A stretch of 64,000 nt of DNA from assembly GCA_963740315.1 (NCBI GenBank), contig CAVUDP010000002.1:2208001-2272000 (forward strand), in the 5' to 3' direction. Of the stretch, positions 52,079 through 62,875 are shown in pieces. Numbering within the stretch: the first letter of the stretch is position 1; each line of letters begins with the position of its first letter. The position numbers and the translations under genes were made by a program. The notes beneath the pieces were generated by a model. The model did not search any database, was not told the origin of the DNA, and worked only from the letters and a program-made list of their open reading frames with translations. This DNA comes from an uncultured cyanobacterium (GTDB lineage Bacteria; Cyanobacteriota; Cyanobacteriia; Cyanobacteriales; Nostocaceae).

Positions 52079-52323
52079 CTAACTTCAGCCTCTCCTTTAT
52101 ATTTCATTGCTCTTGGTTTTGCTTTAGAGGATCTAGAGTTTGTTTTCCTAAAAGACGGTTGAGGCGGACGACATTTTTCGCAATAAAGCGGGCGAGGTCC
52201 GAAAGTTTCCCGATCTGTAGGCTTGTTGCACTCTTTACATACAAATGAAAATACTCTTGTATGAATTTCGCGCTTGTGCGCTCTAACTGTGTATTCCCGA
52301 ACGTTAATTGTCTTACTTGCCAT
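52075..52323 (-). CDS. Small basic Zn-ribbon protein
   Basis: 82 aa with CKEC and CEKC, Lys/Arg-rich; overlaps or nearly abuts the downstream gene. Confidence 0.8.
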   Translation of the reverse strand: MASKTINVREYTVRAHKREIHTRVFSFVCKECNKPTDRETFGPRPLYCEKCRPPQPSFRKTNSRSSKAKPRAMKYKGEAEVS

Positions 52324-52753
52324 GATTACAAATTTTGAAATCTTGTCCTAATATAGTCATTCCAACAACAGGATGTGCTTACATCGCCTCTTACTATTTT
52401 CGTACAGCGCCACATACCTTGATGTTTCTATTCGCCGTTTTGGTTATCCGGGAAAGATAGTAGTGGATGCACTTGTCTATTTTCTACAAAACTACATATG
52501 ACTAAAGTAGCCATAATAGCTTTTTAGAGATTTGTACCGGAGAAGCGAGGTAATAGTAGCTCGCAAGTAACAATGTAAGAGACTAATTGGGAACGGTAGA
52601 GCGAAAAAGCAATGATTCAATTTACTCTGTAGTTCCCATATTTAGTCAGACAAAACAGAAAACTACAATAAGCCAAGAATCCCAAACTGTTACTTTTACA
52701 AACTATGAGGGAACTATGAGGTAGTAATACAATACCTTTTAGTTATCCCCGCA

Positions 52754-53539
52754 ATGTTCGCCCTATCTCGTCAAGCCATTACCTCGTCAAGTGTAGCCTG
52801 TTTATGCTTATTCGCAGTTAGTTTGTTACAATTCCCGCGAATGCAAAAATTGCTCTCGGATAAACCGACTACTTCCGTAGAAGCCTTGGAAAGAGAAATT
52901 AAAGCCGAAGAAGTCCGTCTGAAATTCCTCAAAAAAATTCCTACATTTGGCTATGATAACTTAATTGCAAATTGGATTTATCTTAATTTTCTGCAATATT
53001 TTGGAGATGATCAAATTCGTGACTTATCCGGTTATGGTTTAAGCCCGCAATTTTTCGAGGTAATTCTAGAGCGCGATCCTCGGTTTGTAAATGCTTATCT
53101 AGCACTTTCTACAAGTGGTTCTATGTATGCTGGTATGCCCGAAAAGTCTGTAAAGATTATGGATAAAGGGTTAAAGTCCCTTAGCCCTTGGGTTCCTAAA
53201 GATTCTTACTATATATGGCGTTACAAAGCAGTTGATGAGTTACTATTTCTAGGAGATACTTCTGCTGCAAGGAAATCTTTTACAAATGCTTCTCAATGGG
53301 CAAGCGTTCATTCAGATCCAGAAAGTCAGCAAGTCGCAACTATTTCCGCACAAACCGCAGAATTCCTTACTAAAAATCGTTCCAGCAAATACGCTCAAAT
53401 TTCTGCTTGGGGCATGGTATTAAGTCATGGAGCCGACAAAAAAACTTATCAAAAAGCCATCCGGGAAATTGAAGCTTTAGGTGGAAAAGTTATTTCTACC
53501 CCCCAAGGTAATAAAATTAAATTTCCTCAGAAAGACTAA
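52754..53539 (+). CDS. Hypothetical membrane-anchored, TPR-like helical protein
   Basis: N-terminal hydrophobic segment; FGYDNLIANW, FLQYFGD and DELLFLGD motifs that I recall from cyanobacterial proteins. Confidence 0.75.
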   Translation: MFALSRQAITSSSVACLCLFAVSLLQFPRMQKLLSDKPTTSVEALEREIKAEEVRLKFLKKIPTFGYDNLIANWIYLNFLQYFGDDQIRDLSGYGLSPQFFEVILERDPRFVNAYLALSTSGSMYAGMPEKSVKIMDKGLKSLSPWVPKDSYYIWRYKAVDELLFLGDTSAARKSFTNASQWASVHSDPESQQVATISAQTAEFLTKNRSSKYAQISAWGMVLSHGADKKTYQKAIREIEALGGKVISTPQGNKIKFPQKD

Positions 53540-53865
53540 ATTTAGTTAGGAGTGGTTAAAGGTTAAAGGTCTGCATGTCAATTAAGGTAAGAAATAATTT
53601 TTTACTTTTAACTCTTAATTCCGGCGATCTTAACTTTCTCCTCCTCCTGCTTCTTAACTGATAACTGGTAACTGATAATAATAATATTATTTTTGCGTAA
53701 TAAAGAAAAAATATTTTGCTTAGTAGGAAACAAAAACTTGTCAAAATGTTAAGTTTTGTAAAAATGAGGGATTAAATACTAGAAAGAATATTTCTAGATA
53801 GTTAAACTACAAAAACAGCATATGTACTGCTATTAATAAAAAGTCAGTGCCCGCAAGTAGCCTAA

Positions 53866-56800
53866 ATGATTCCAGTACAAGTAACATTAAAAAACTTTCT
53901 TAGTTATCAAGACGCAAGTTTAGATTTTAGCGGATTGCATACGGCGTGCATTTGTGGTGCGAATGGCGCTGGCAAATCTTCGCTTTTGGAAGCTATCACT
54001 TGGGTAGTTTGGGGTGAAAGTAGAACTGCTTCAGAGGATGATGTAATTCATACTGGAGCCAAAGATGTTCGCGTTGATTTTACTTTTGCAGCTAACGGAC
54101 AAATTTATAGGGTAATTCGTACTCGTCGTCGGGGTTCTAGTAGTAGTTTGGAGTTTCAAATCGAAACGCCACAAGGGTTTAAGTCTCTGACGGCTAAGGG
54201 TTTAAGAGCGACTCAAGATGTCATACTGAGTCATATTAAGCTCGATTATGATACTTTTATAAATTCTGCTTACTTACGTCAAGGTCGTGCTGATGAGTTT
54301 ATGCTCAAACGTCCGAGCGAGCGTAAGGAAATTTTAGCTGAATTATTAAAGCTAAATCAATATGATGAGTTAGAAGACAAAGCCAAAGATTTAGCGCGTC
54401 ATTTAAAAGCACAAGGAGAGGAGTTAGAGCGCACTTTGGGTTCGATGAAAACTCAAATGCAACAACAAGAAACTATTGCTCAACAAAAAACTGAGTTAGA
54501 AACCGAACTCAACGAACTGCAAAAATTACAGGGTTTTGATAATATTCAGTTACAAAGTTTGCAGGTTGTCGAACATCAGCGCAAAGGTTGGGAAGAGCAA
54601 CTGCATTTTGTTCGGCAACAATATAATAATCTCACGGCTGATAGCAAGCGTTTGGAAAGCGAACAATCTTCTTTGACAAATCAGCTTGAGTCTTTGGAAA
54701 GATTATTAACTCAACAAACAGAAATTAAAAAAGGATACGCCCATTACCAAACTCTGCAATCTCAAGAAGAAGAGATGGGTGTCTTGTTTGCAGAATATCA
54801 AAAGATTTCTCAATTGCGGCAACTACGTCTTTCTGAGTTGAGCAAGCATATTCAAGGAGTTGAGCGACAGTTGCAACAACATCAAGCGCAGTTGGAGGCG
54901 TTAGAGCAACAAGAGCAAGATATTCAGCAGACTCTTAACAATGCGGGTGATGTGGAAGCAGCGCTGCAAAAATTAAAAGCAGCACGTCAGCATCTGAGTA
55001 ATTTAGATAATTTGCAAATGCAGGTTTCTCCAATATTGCAGCAGCGCCAGCAATTGCAAACAGAATTGCATCGCCAAGAAGCGGGTATAAAAGCACGACT
55101 CGAACAGTTAGAGACGACTCAAAGACAATTGCAAAGTCAATCGAGGCGACAACCGCAACTTCAACAAGCGGTTATGGAAGTAGAAACGAAGATTGAAAAG
55201 TTAGATAAAGATAAGATTTATCTGCAACGAGTACAGGAAAAAGGACAGGAAAGACGGCATTTTATGGAGCGCTTGCAGGCTCAACAGCGCGAATATCAAA
55301 GGTTATTAGGGGAATTAGAGCAAAAATTGCAAATGTTACAAAACCCTGATGCTGTTTGTCCTTTGTGCGAACGTCCTTTAGACGAGCATCATTGGAATCG
55401 AGTAGTAGATAAAACCAAGGATGAATTTAAGGATACGCAGGGACAATTATGGGTGTTCCGCGACCAAATGGCGGTATCAGAGCGAGAAATTCAAGTTCTC
55501 AGGCAGGAATATCGGACAGTAAACAGTAAATTGTCGCTTTATGAAGCATTACGGGAGCAAAAGGGAGAATTAAGCGCACAAATACAGGCAACGAGCGAAG
55601 TTGGCTTACAGATACAGCAAATTGCCGACGAAAAAGAGAGATTAGAAAGAACTCTGCATCTAGGTAATTACGCGCCTCAAAAACAAAGCGAATTGCAGGA
55701 GTTAGAAAATTATTTACTTAGTCTTGATTACAACGAACAAAACCACGCTCTAGCTCGTAGCGAAGTTGAAAAATGGCGTTGGGCAGAAATTAAACAAGCA
55801 CAAATTAAAGATGCCCGCAAGCGACAAGCGCATTTAGCAGCCAGAAAACCCGAAATTCAAGGATTAATTAGTCAATTAGAAAATCAAATTAAACTAGAAC
55901 AAACTGATTCCGAAATTGCCAGAGAAATCAAAGATTTAGAAAATAAAATTACCGAGATGGGTTACGACAGCCAACGTCATAACCAAATCCGCATAGATGC
56001 TAGACAAGCTCAGTCTTGGCATTTGCGCCATCAACAACTAGTTAGCGCACAACTCCAGCATCCCGAAATGAAAAGGCGATCGCAGTCTTTGCAAGAAGCT
56101 TTAGCAGCCAGGTTGAGCGAAAAACAACAGTTAGCCGCTCAAATTGACAGCATTGTGGCGCAATTGGAACAATGCAATAATCCCAGCGCTCAAATTCAAG
56201 CTTTAGAGCAGCAATTAGCAAACCGTCGCCGCCAACTTGACGATAAACTCGGTCATTTAGGGCGCTTGCAGCAGCAGTTTCAGTATTTAGAAAACCTGAA
56301 AGTTCAATATACCCAGCAGCAGCAGCAATTAAAGCAAGTTCGTTCAAAGCAGCGAGTTTATCAGGAATTAGCGCAGGCTTTTGGTAAAAATGGCATCCAA
56401 GCATTGATGATTGAAAATGTCTTACCCCAGCTAGAAGCCCAGACAAATCAACTACTTTCCCGATTGAGTGCCAATCAATTACACGTGCAATTTGTAACTC
56501 AAAGAGCGGGTAAAACAAGTAAAGCTAAGAAGAAAGATGCCAAATTAATAGACACCTTAGATATTGTAATTGCCGATGCAAGAGGTACGAGAGCCTATGA
56601 AACTTACTCTGGTGGGGAAGCTTTTAGAATCAACTTTGCAATTCGTTTAGCATTAGCCAAACTATTAGCGCAGCGAGCCGGAGCCGCCTTACAATTACTG
56701 ATAATTGATGAAGGATTTGGTACTCAAGATAGTGAAGGGTGCGACAGATTAATTGCAGCAATCAACGCAATTGCTTCTGACTTTGCCTGCATCCTCACCG

Positions 56801-56892
56801 TAACTCATATGCCCCATTTAAAAGAAGCCTTTGCAGCCAGGATTGAAGTAAATAAAACTCAGGATGGATCTCAAATTAGGATGATGATTTAA
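53866..56892 (+). CDS. sbcC: SbcC/Rad50 SMC-family ATPase
   Basis: Walker A GANGAGKSS, long coiled coils, central CPLC zinc hook, YSGGE signature and IIDEGFG. Confidence 0.96.
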   Translation: MIPVQVTLKNFLSYQDASLDFSGLHTACICGANGAGKSSLLEAITWVVWGESRTASEDDVIHTGAKDVRVDFTFAANGQIYRVIRTRRRGSSSSLEFQIETPQGFKSLTAKGLRATQDVILSHIKLDYDTFINSAYLRQGRADEFMLKRPSERKEILAELLKLNQYDELEDKAKDLARHLKAQGEELERTLGSMKTQMQQQETIAQQKTELETELNELQKLQGFDNIQLQSLQVVEHQRKGWEEQLHFVRQQYNNLTADSKRLESEQSSLTNQLESLERLLTQQTEIKKGYAHYQTLQSQEEEMGVLFAEYQKISQLRQLRLSELSKHIQGVERQLQQHQAQLEALEQQEQDIQQTLNNAGDVEAALQKLKAARQHLSNLDNLQMQVSPILQQRQQLQTELHRQEAGIKARLEQLETTQRQLQSQSRRQPQLQQAVMEVETKIEKLDKDKIYLQRVQEKGQERRHFMERLQAQQREYQRLLGELEQKLQMLQNPDAVCPLCERPLDEHHWNRVVDKTKDEFKDTQGQLWVFRDQMAVSEREIQVLRQEYRTVNSKLSLYEALREQKGELSAQIQATSEVGLQIQQIADEKERLERTLHLGNYAPQKQSELQELENYLLSLDYNEQNHALARSEVEKWRWAEIKQAQIKDARKRQAHLAARKPEIQGLISQLENQIKLEQTDSEIAREIKDLENKITEMGYDSQRHNQIRIDARQAQSWHLRHQQLVSAQLQHPEMKRRSQSLQEALAARLSEKQQLAAQIDSIVAQLEQCNNPSAQIQALEQQLANRRRQLDDKLGHLGRLQQQFQYLENLKVQYTQQQQQLKQVRSKQRVYQELAQAFGKNGIQALMIENVLPQLEAQTNQLLSRLSANQLHVQFVTQRAGKTSKAKKKDAKLIDTLDIVIADARGTRAYETYSGGEAFRINFAIRLALAKLLAQRAGAALQLLIIDEGFGTQDSEGCDRLIAAINAIASDFACILTVTHMPHLKEAFAARIEVNKTQDGSQIRMMI

Positions 56893-56896
56893 TGTT

Positions 56897-57163
56897 GGGA
56901 GAGGGGGTAGAGGGGGTAGAGGGGGTAGAGGGGGAGATGGGGAGATGGGGAGATGGGGAGATGGGGAGATGGGGAGATGGGGAGATGGGGAGATGGGGAG
57001 ATGGGGAGATGGGGAGATGGGGAGATGGGGAGATGGGGAGATGGGGAGACAAGGAGAGAAGGAGACAAAAACAATTTTAACCTTTAACCTTTGACCTTTG
57101 ACCTTAATTACTCCTCACTCCTAACAACTAACAACTAACAACTAACAACTAACTCCTAACTCT
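56897..57163. repeat. STRR cluster (GGGGAGAT)n, (AACCTTT)n, (AACAACT)n
   Basis: Tandem units directly visible between convergent genes. Confidence 0.95.
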
Positions 57164-58781
57164 TAAGTTTAAATTCATCAAATTTAATTACTTCAGAATC
57201 GGGTTTACTGGTATCAAAACGATAACTACTTACACTACCTTGTTCTGTATCGAAGATGGTGAATACGGTAATTTCATTGCTGGATATATAAGGTAAGGGT
57301 TTACCATTTTCGTCTACAAGCGGCTCTATTGTTGGTACTACTGGCTCTAAACCGTAGGGGTCGCCAATTTCTGTATAATTATTATTATCGGTATTTGGTA
57401 AGTTTTGCCGCTTTCTATCTCCATATGCCGCACCGTAGGAATTACCGACATTTGATGTTTCTAAAAAGTGCATTCCACTGGGACTAACAAAGCGATTCCA
57501 TAAATGAGAATGTCCGTAAAATACTAATTGTACGCCTGCTTTTTCTAATAATGGTATTAAGTCACGAATGATGTAATCTTGTTCTTTGGGATACTCATAA
57601 CGCACTGATGTAATATTACCGTTGTTATCTCGTTCGATTATCTGTACTGGGTTGGTGTAAGCAGGTACGATGTTATCTCCTAAAGTGTGGGGAGGATGAT
57701 GAAACATGACGATTTTATATTTGGCTTGCTGAAATTCGCTGCTATTGAGTTCGTTAACAAGCCAATTATATTGAGTGCTATCTTTAGAAATAGATTCGTA
57801 AATATGCTGTCCGTATCCCCAGTTTTCTGGATTATTTAATTGAGGTGGTTCGGCATATTTCCCTTTATGGCAATCTTCGGTGGTAAAATACCGCCACATA
57901 TTAGTTACATATAAAACTACTAAACGCACATCACCGAAACTTACTGCATAATAACCTTTTCCATTTTCGTCTGGTAAACTAAATATTTTTTCATAAGTAT
58001 CGGTATTGAAGGAATTATCTTTTAAGGATTCTTCCCCGTACAAGTTAGAAGCAACATCGCGGGGAATCGTATCGTTAAATTCTTCATTCAAACTTTTTCC
58101 CGTATTAAAACGCCCCATAACTTCATGATTTCCAATACAGGGAAATATGGGAGCATTTTGAATAATTTCTCCTCCGGTGTAAGTGGTTTGTACGCGATCG
58201 TATTCCATTACATAGTTAGCACTTCCCTGCAAACAAGGGAAAAAAGCATTGCCACGATTATCATCAAACCATTCACTAGCGCGGTCTGGTATATTAACTA
58301 AATCACCAGCGAAAAATACCGCATCAATTCGCTCAAAGGTTTCTTTAACTTTTTGTAAATTTGCTGCTACCATCGGCTTGATTTGATGGTCGGAAGTTAA
58401 TAAAATTTTAAGTGGTTTACCGGGTAATGGTGCGGGTTCAAGAGTATAAGTTTTACTACTAATTAATTCATCGTTTTCTGTAATAGTTGTGACTCGATAA
58501 GGAATTTGCTTACCCGGAATTAGATCGGTTAAATGAGCTTCGTGTCGCCAGATTTCGCGTGAAACGGGTTTTTGATGTCCATCTGCGGTTTGCATTCCAA
58601 ATGAATTTTCGTCTTCTCTTAAATGATTCAGTCTAATACTTGTAGTAGAGACATCAAGAAAATTATTACCGTATGCTACCGCGTGTCGATCGCCCATAAA
58701 TTCGGTAAACCAGACAACTCGTATAGAAGTTTGAGTCGGGAATTGTAAAAATGGTTCGGTTAACAATTTTGGTTTATCCAT
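57156..58781 (-). CDS. Calcineurin-like metallophosphoesterase (purple acid phosphatase-like)
   Basis: SDHQ, AGDLV, GNHE, FHHP and GHSH metal-binding motifs. Confidence 0.92.
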   Translation of the reverse strand: MDKPKLLTEPFLQFPTQTSIRVVWFTEFMGDRHAVAYGNNFLDVSTTSIRLNHLREDENSFGMQTADGHQKPVSREIWRHEAHLTDLIPGKQIPYRVTTITENDELISSKTYTLEPAPLPGKPLKILLTSDHQIKPMVAANLQKVKETFERIDAVFFAGDLVNIPDRASEWFDDNRGNAFFPCLQGSANYVMEYDRVQTTYTGGEIIQNAPIFPCIGNHEVMGRFNTGKSLNEEFNDTIPRDVASNLYGEESLKDNSFNTDTYEKIFSLPDENGKGYYAVSFGDVRLVVLYVTNMWRYFTTEDCHKGKYAEPPQLNNPENWGYGQHIYESISKDSTQYNWLVNELNSSEFQQAKYKIVMFHHPPHTLGDNIVPAYTNPVQIIERDNNGNITSVRYEYPKEQDYIIRDLIPLLEKAGVQLVFYGHSHLWNRFVSPSGMHFLETSNVGNSYGAAYGDRKRQNLPNTDNNNYTEIGDPYGLEPVVPTIEPLVDENGKPLPYISSNEITVFTIFDTEQGSVSSYRFDTSKPDSEVIKFDEFKLKS

Positions 58782-58900
58782 AATGCGATCGCTAGGTAAA
58801 ATACACTTTTATATAAAAGTTTACCCGTTTACCCACAAATTGGTTTGTAGAGACGCGATATATCACGTTTTATCGATCCCCCCTAACCCCCCTTAAAAAG

Positions 58901-59061
58901 CAGGGCTGATTCATTCGATAAAGAAGGTAAATTGTCAATACGATCGCAATCGTCATTCGTCGGGTTTTTATAAAAATGTCAGGTTGTTACAGATACTCTT
59001 AGATAAAAAACCCGACTTCTCAACCGGATTTACAAACTTTTGAGGGAATGAATCAGCCCTG
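58901..59061. mobile_element. 161-bp MITE with perfect 16-bp terminal inverted repeats and an 11-bp target duplication
   Basis: CAGGGCTGATTCATTC...GAATGAATCAGCCCTG, flanked by CCCTTAAAAAG at 58890-58900 and 59062-59072. Confidence 0.93.
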
Positions 59062-59174
59062 CCCTTAAAAAGGGGGGAATTGGAATCAAAGTCACCCTTT
59101 AAAAAGGTGATTTATGGGGATCTAGAAGGTTTTGCTACCGACAACAAGACTAAAAAAACATCCTCTAACAAATG

Positions 59175-60176
59175 TTAACTACTAACTGTATTCTTGCATT
59201 CACCCGCTTGCTCAAATTCGCTAATATTTGACAAAGTTGTTTGAGCGATGTTTTGCAGCGCATTTTTAGTAAAGAAAGCTTGATGTGCGGTGATGACTAC
59301 GTTGGGAAATGTTAGCAAATGTTGAAAAACATCATCTTGAATTACTTCTAATGATAAGTCTTCAAAGAATAAATCCCGTTCTTGTTCGTATACGTCTAAA
59401 CCTACATAGCCTAGTTTCTTGGATTTTAAAGCGTCTATGACTGCTTCTGTATCGACAAGCCCGCCGCGACTGGTGTTGATCAACATCGCTCCGGATTTAA
59501 ATTGCTCTAAAGTTGTGGCGTTAATTAAGTGGTGAGATTCGGGAGTTAACGGACAGTGTAGCGAAACGATGTCCGATGCGGCAAGTAATTCTGAGAATTC
59601 TACATATTTCACGCCCATTTCCAAACAATCGGGGTTTTGATAAATATCGTATGCGAGTAAATTGCAGCCAAATCCCTTCATGATTTGAGCAAAACACATC
59701 CCGATTTTACCCGTACCAACTATACCGACGGTGGAACCATGTAAGTCAAATCCTAATAAACCTTTGAGGGAAAAATTAGATTCGCGAACTCGATTATAAG
59801 CGCGATGGTACTTACGATTTAAAGTTAAAATTAATCCTGCCGCGTGTTCGGCGACTGCATAAGGAGAATAAGCCGGAACTCTGACTACGGTAATTCCTAA
59901 TTCGGTAGCGGCTTTGATATCTACATTGTTGAAACCCGCCGAACGTAAAGCGATCAGCTTCGTTCCTTGTTTAGCGATCGCACTTAAAGTTTCGGGATTT
60001 AACTGGTCGTTAATAAAAGCGCAAATTGCCGGAAATCCTGCTGCCAATGCCGTAGTATCGCGGTTTAACCTTGGCTCAAAAAATACAAACTCGTGAGCGC
60101 CATCGGTATTTGCTTCGGAAAGAAAGTGGCGATCGTAGTTTTTTGTACTGAATACTGCTACTTTCATTACATTCAC
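59175..60176 (-). CDS. ldhA: D-lactate dehydrogenase (D-2-hydroxyacid dehydrogenase)
   Basis: [41 protein letters not shown] and TAHQAFFT motifs. Confidence 0.93.
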   Translation of the reverse strand: MNVMKVAVFSTKNYDRHFLSEANTDGAHEFVFFEPRLNRDTTALAAGFPAICAFINDQLNPETLSAIAKQGTKLIALRSAGFNNVDIKAATELGITVVRVPAYSPYAVAEHAAGLILTLNRKYHRAYNRVRESNFSLKGLLGFDLHGSTVGIVGTGKIGMCFAQIMKGFGCNLLAYDIYQNPDCLEMGVKYVEFSELLAASDIVSLHCPLTPESHHLINATTLEQFKSGAMLINTSRGGLVDTEAVIDALKSKKLGYVGLDVYEQERDLFFEDLSLEVIQDDVFQHLLTFPNVVITAHQAFFTKNALQNIAQTTLSNISEFEQAGECKNTVSS

Positions 60177-60298
60177 AGGTTAAAGGTCTGCATGTCAAAG
60201 GTCAAAGGTCAATTAGTAATGGTAAGGTTATCAGGACTCAAAAAGAAAAATTTGAATTTTCACCTTTAACCTCTAACCTTTGACCTTTGACCTATTAA

Positions 60299-62875
60299 TT
60301 ACGACATCTTCAATCCGGCTTTATCGGTTGAATAGTCGTCGAGTTTTACTTTGCAAGGTTGTATATCCCAGATTTCTTGACAATATTCCCAAATTGCCCT
60401 ATCTGAGGAAAATTTACCCATGCGTGCGGAGTTGATAATTGACATCCGAGTCCAGTTTTCTGTATCTCGATAGGCTTCGGAAACTTTATCTTGGGTGTCG
60501 ATGTAGGATTGATAGTCAGCGAATAGCATAAACCTATCTTGGTTAAACAGCGAATCTAACAGCGGTTTAAACAAGTTGCGATCGCCATCGGAAAACTGTC
60601 CGCAGGCTATCAAGTCAATAACCTCTTTTAGCTGGGGATTGGATTCGTAATAGCTTCTGGGGTTATATCCTTTCGCTTTCAATTCGTAAACTTCTGGGGT
60701 GGTTAAACCGCATAAAAAGAAGTTTTCCTCGCCGACTTCTTCGCGAATTTCAACGTTAGCACCGTCAAGAGTACCAATTGTTAAAGCACCGTTGAGGGCA
60801 AATTTCATGTTACCCGTTCCCGAAGCTTCTTTACCAGCAGTGGAAATTTGTTCGGAAAGTTCCGCACCCGCGTAGATAAATTGGCTTGAAGATACGTTGT
60901 AGTTTGGTATGAATGCTACTTTTAAACGTCCGGCTACGTCTGTATCGCTGTTTACTACACTACCAACGGCGTTGATTAATTTGATAATTAATTTGGCGAT
61001 GAAGTAACCGGGGGCTGCTTTACCTGCGAAAATAAATGTCCGGGGTAAGATATCAGCTTGCGGATTTTTCTTGATTCGGTTGTAGAGGGTGATAATGTGG
61101 AAAGCGTTGAGTAACTGACGTTTGTATTCGTGCAGTCGCTTTACCTGTACGTCAAATAAGGAATTGGGATCTACTGTAATTCCGTTGGATTTTTGAATCA
61201 GTTTTGCTAATTCTTCTTTGTTGGCTTGTTTGATTTCGCGCCAAGTTTGTTTGAACTCTTTATCGTCTACAAATTTTTCTAACTTTTTGAGTTCATCCAA
61301 ATTCGTAATCCAATCGGTGCCGATTTTGTCGGTAATTAGGCGAGAAAGTCGGGGATTACCCATCAACAGCCAGCGACGGGGGGTTACACCATTTGTCTTG
61401 TTGATAAACTTTTCTGGGAATAATTCGTAGAAGTCGTGGAGAACATATTTTTTAAGTAGCTCGGTATGAAGTGCCGCTACACCGTTGATTTTATGGCTAC
61501 CGACACAAGCTAAGTTTGCCATGCGGATTTTCCTTTCATCGCCTTCTTCAATCAAAGATAGCCGCGAAATCTTTTCTAAATCTCCGGGAAAACGTTTTCT
61601 AACTTCAGCCAAAAAGCGGAAGTTGATTTCGTAGATGATTTCTAAATGTCTGGGTAATAATCTACCAAAAAGTGCCACGGGCCAGCGTTCTAAAGCTTCT
61701 GGCAACAGGGTATGATTGGTATAAGCAAAGGTATTTTGAGTGATATCCCAAGCTTTATCCCAAGACATTTCATGTTCGTCAATCAGCAACCGCATCAATT
61801 CGGCGATACCAACTGAAGGATGGGTATCGTTAAGCTGAATTGCAGCTTTTTGACCCAAATTATCTAAAGTTTTAAAAATTTGTTGATGGCGACGAAGAAT
61901 ATCTTGCAAGGAACAACAAACAAAGAAATATTGTTGCTGCAAGCGCAATTCTTTACCCTGCATTGTATCGTCGTTAGGGTAGAGAACTTTGGAAATATTT
62001 TCCGAGAACATTTGACTACCTACCGCGCCGATGTAATCACCAGCATTAAAAGCCTGTAAGTCAAATTCATCACTTGCTTCAGCTTTCCACAACCGGAGAA
62101 TATTTACCGTATCCACACCGTAACCCGGTACCGGAGTATCGTAGGGGACTCCAGATACTTTTTGTTGCGGTACCCAACGCGATTGGAAGCGTCCGGTGCG
62201 ATCGTTATATACTTCGGTATGACCGCCAAATTTAACTTCTACGCGATATTCAGGAAGAGGAAGTTCCCAAGCATTGCCAAAAAGCAACCATTTATCGGGG
62301 TTTTCAACTTGCCAACCGTTACGAATAACTTGCTCGAAAATCCCGAATTCATAACGAATTCCATAACCAACAGCGGGGATTTCCAAAGTTGCCAAAGAAT
62401 CTAGATAACAAGCTGCAAGTCTTCCCAAGCCACCGTTACCCAATCCCGGTTCGCTTTCTTGCTCTAATAAATCATCTAGCTCTAACCCGGATTCTTTAAG
62501 AACAGTTTTAATTTTCTCGTAAAGACCAAGATTAATTAAACAATTACCCGTATAGCGTCCCATCAAGAACTCAGCAGACAGGTAGTAAACCGTTTTTACC
62601 TGCTTCTCCATGTGAGTTTCCGCTGTTTTGATGCGTCGTTGCAGAATGCGATCGCGAACGCTATAGGCAACAGCCATATAATAATCGTGCAAAGTAGCGA
62701 AATACTCGCCCTTTCCTTGAACGTAATAAAGACTATCAGCAATGGCACGTTTGAGAGTTTCCTCACTCATACCAGTGCGATCGTCTTCGACTCTAACTTT
62801 AGTGGTGCTAGGAACCGAAATATCTTCCGACGCTAGCTTACTATTTTGTTGCTCGGATGAACTGCTACTTATCAT
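60299..62875 (-). CDS. glgP: Glycogen phosphorylase
   Basis: GLGNGGLGRLAAC, QLNDTHP, YTNHT, KRLHEYKRQ and EASGTGNMK (PLP Lys) motifs. Confidence 0.98.
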   Translation of the reverse strand: MISSSSSEQQNSKLASEDISVPSTTKVRVEDDRTGMSEETLKRAIADSLYYVQGKGEYFATLHDYYMAVAYSVRDRILQRRIKTAETHMEKQVKTVYYLSAEFLMGRYTGNCLINLGLYEKIKTVLKESGLELDDLLEQESEPGLGNGGLGRLAACYLDSLATLEIPAVGYGIRYEFGIFEQVIRNGWQVENPDKWLLFGNAWELPLPEYRVEVKFGGHTEVYNDRTGRFQSRWVPQQKVSGVPYDTPVPGYGVDTVNILRLWKAEASDEFDLQAFNAGDYIGAVGSQMFSENISKVLYPNDDTMQGKELRLQQQYFFVCCSLQDILRRHQQIFKTLDNLGQKAAIQLNDTHPSVGIAELMRLLIDEHEMSWDKAWDITQNTFAYTNHTLLPEALERWPVALFGRLLPRHLEIIYEINFRFLAEVRKRFPGDLEKISRLSLIEEGDERKIRMANLACVGSHKINGVAALHTELLKKYVLHDFYELFPEKFINKTNGVTPRRWLLMGNPRLSRLITDKIGTDWITNLDELKKLEKFVDDKEFKQTWREIKQANKEELAKLIQKSNGITVDPNSLFDVQVKRLHEYKRQLLNAFHIITLYNRIKKNPQADILPRTFIFAGKAAPGYFIAKLIIKLINAVGSVVNSDTDVAGRLKVAFIPNYNVSSSQFIYAGAELSEQISTAGKEASGTGNMKFALNGALTIGTLDGANVEIREEVGEENFFLCGLTTPEVYELKAKGYNPRSYYESNPQLKEVIDLIACGQFSDGDRNLFKPLLDSLFNQDRFMLFADYQSYIDTQDKVSEAYRDTENWTRMSIINSARMGKFSSDRAIWEYCQEIWDIQPCKVKLDDYSTDKAGLKMS

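Noticed and set aside
53817..53829. LexA box upstream of sbcC (AGTACATATGCTG on the minus strand)
   Set aside because: Only one half-site matches the cyanobacterial RGTAC-N3-DGTWC consensus
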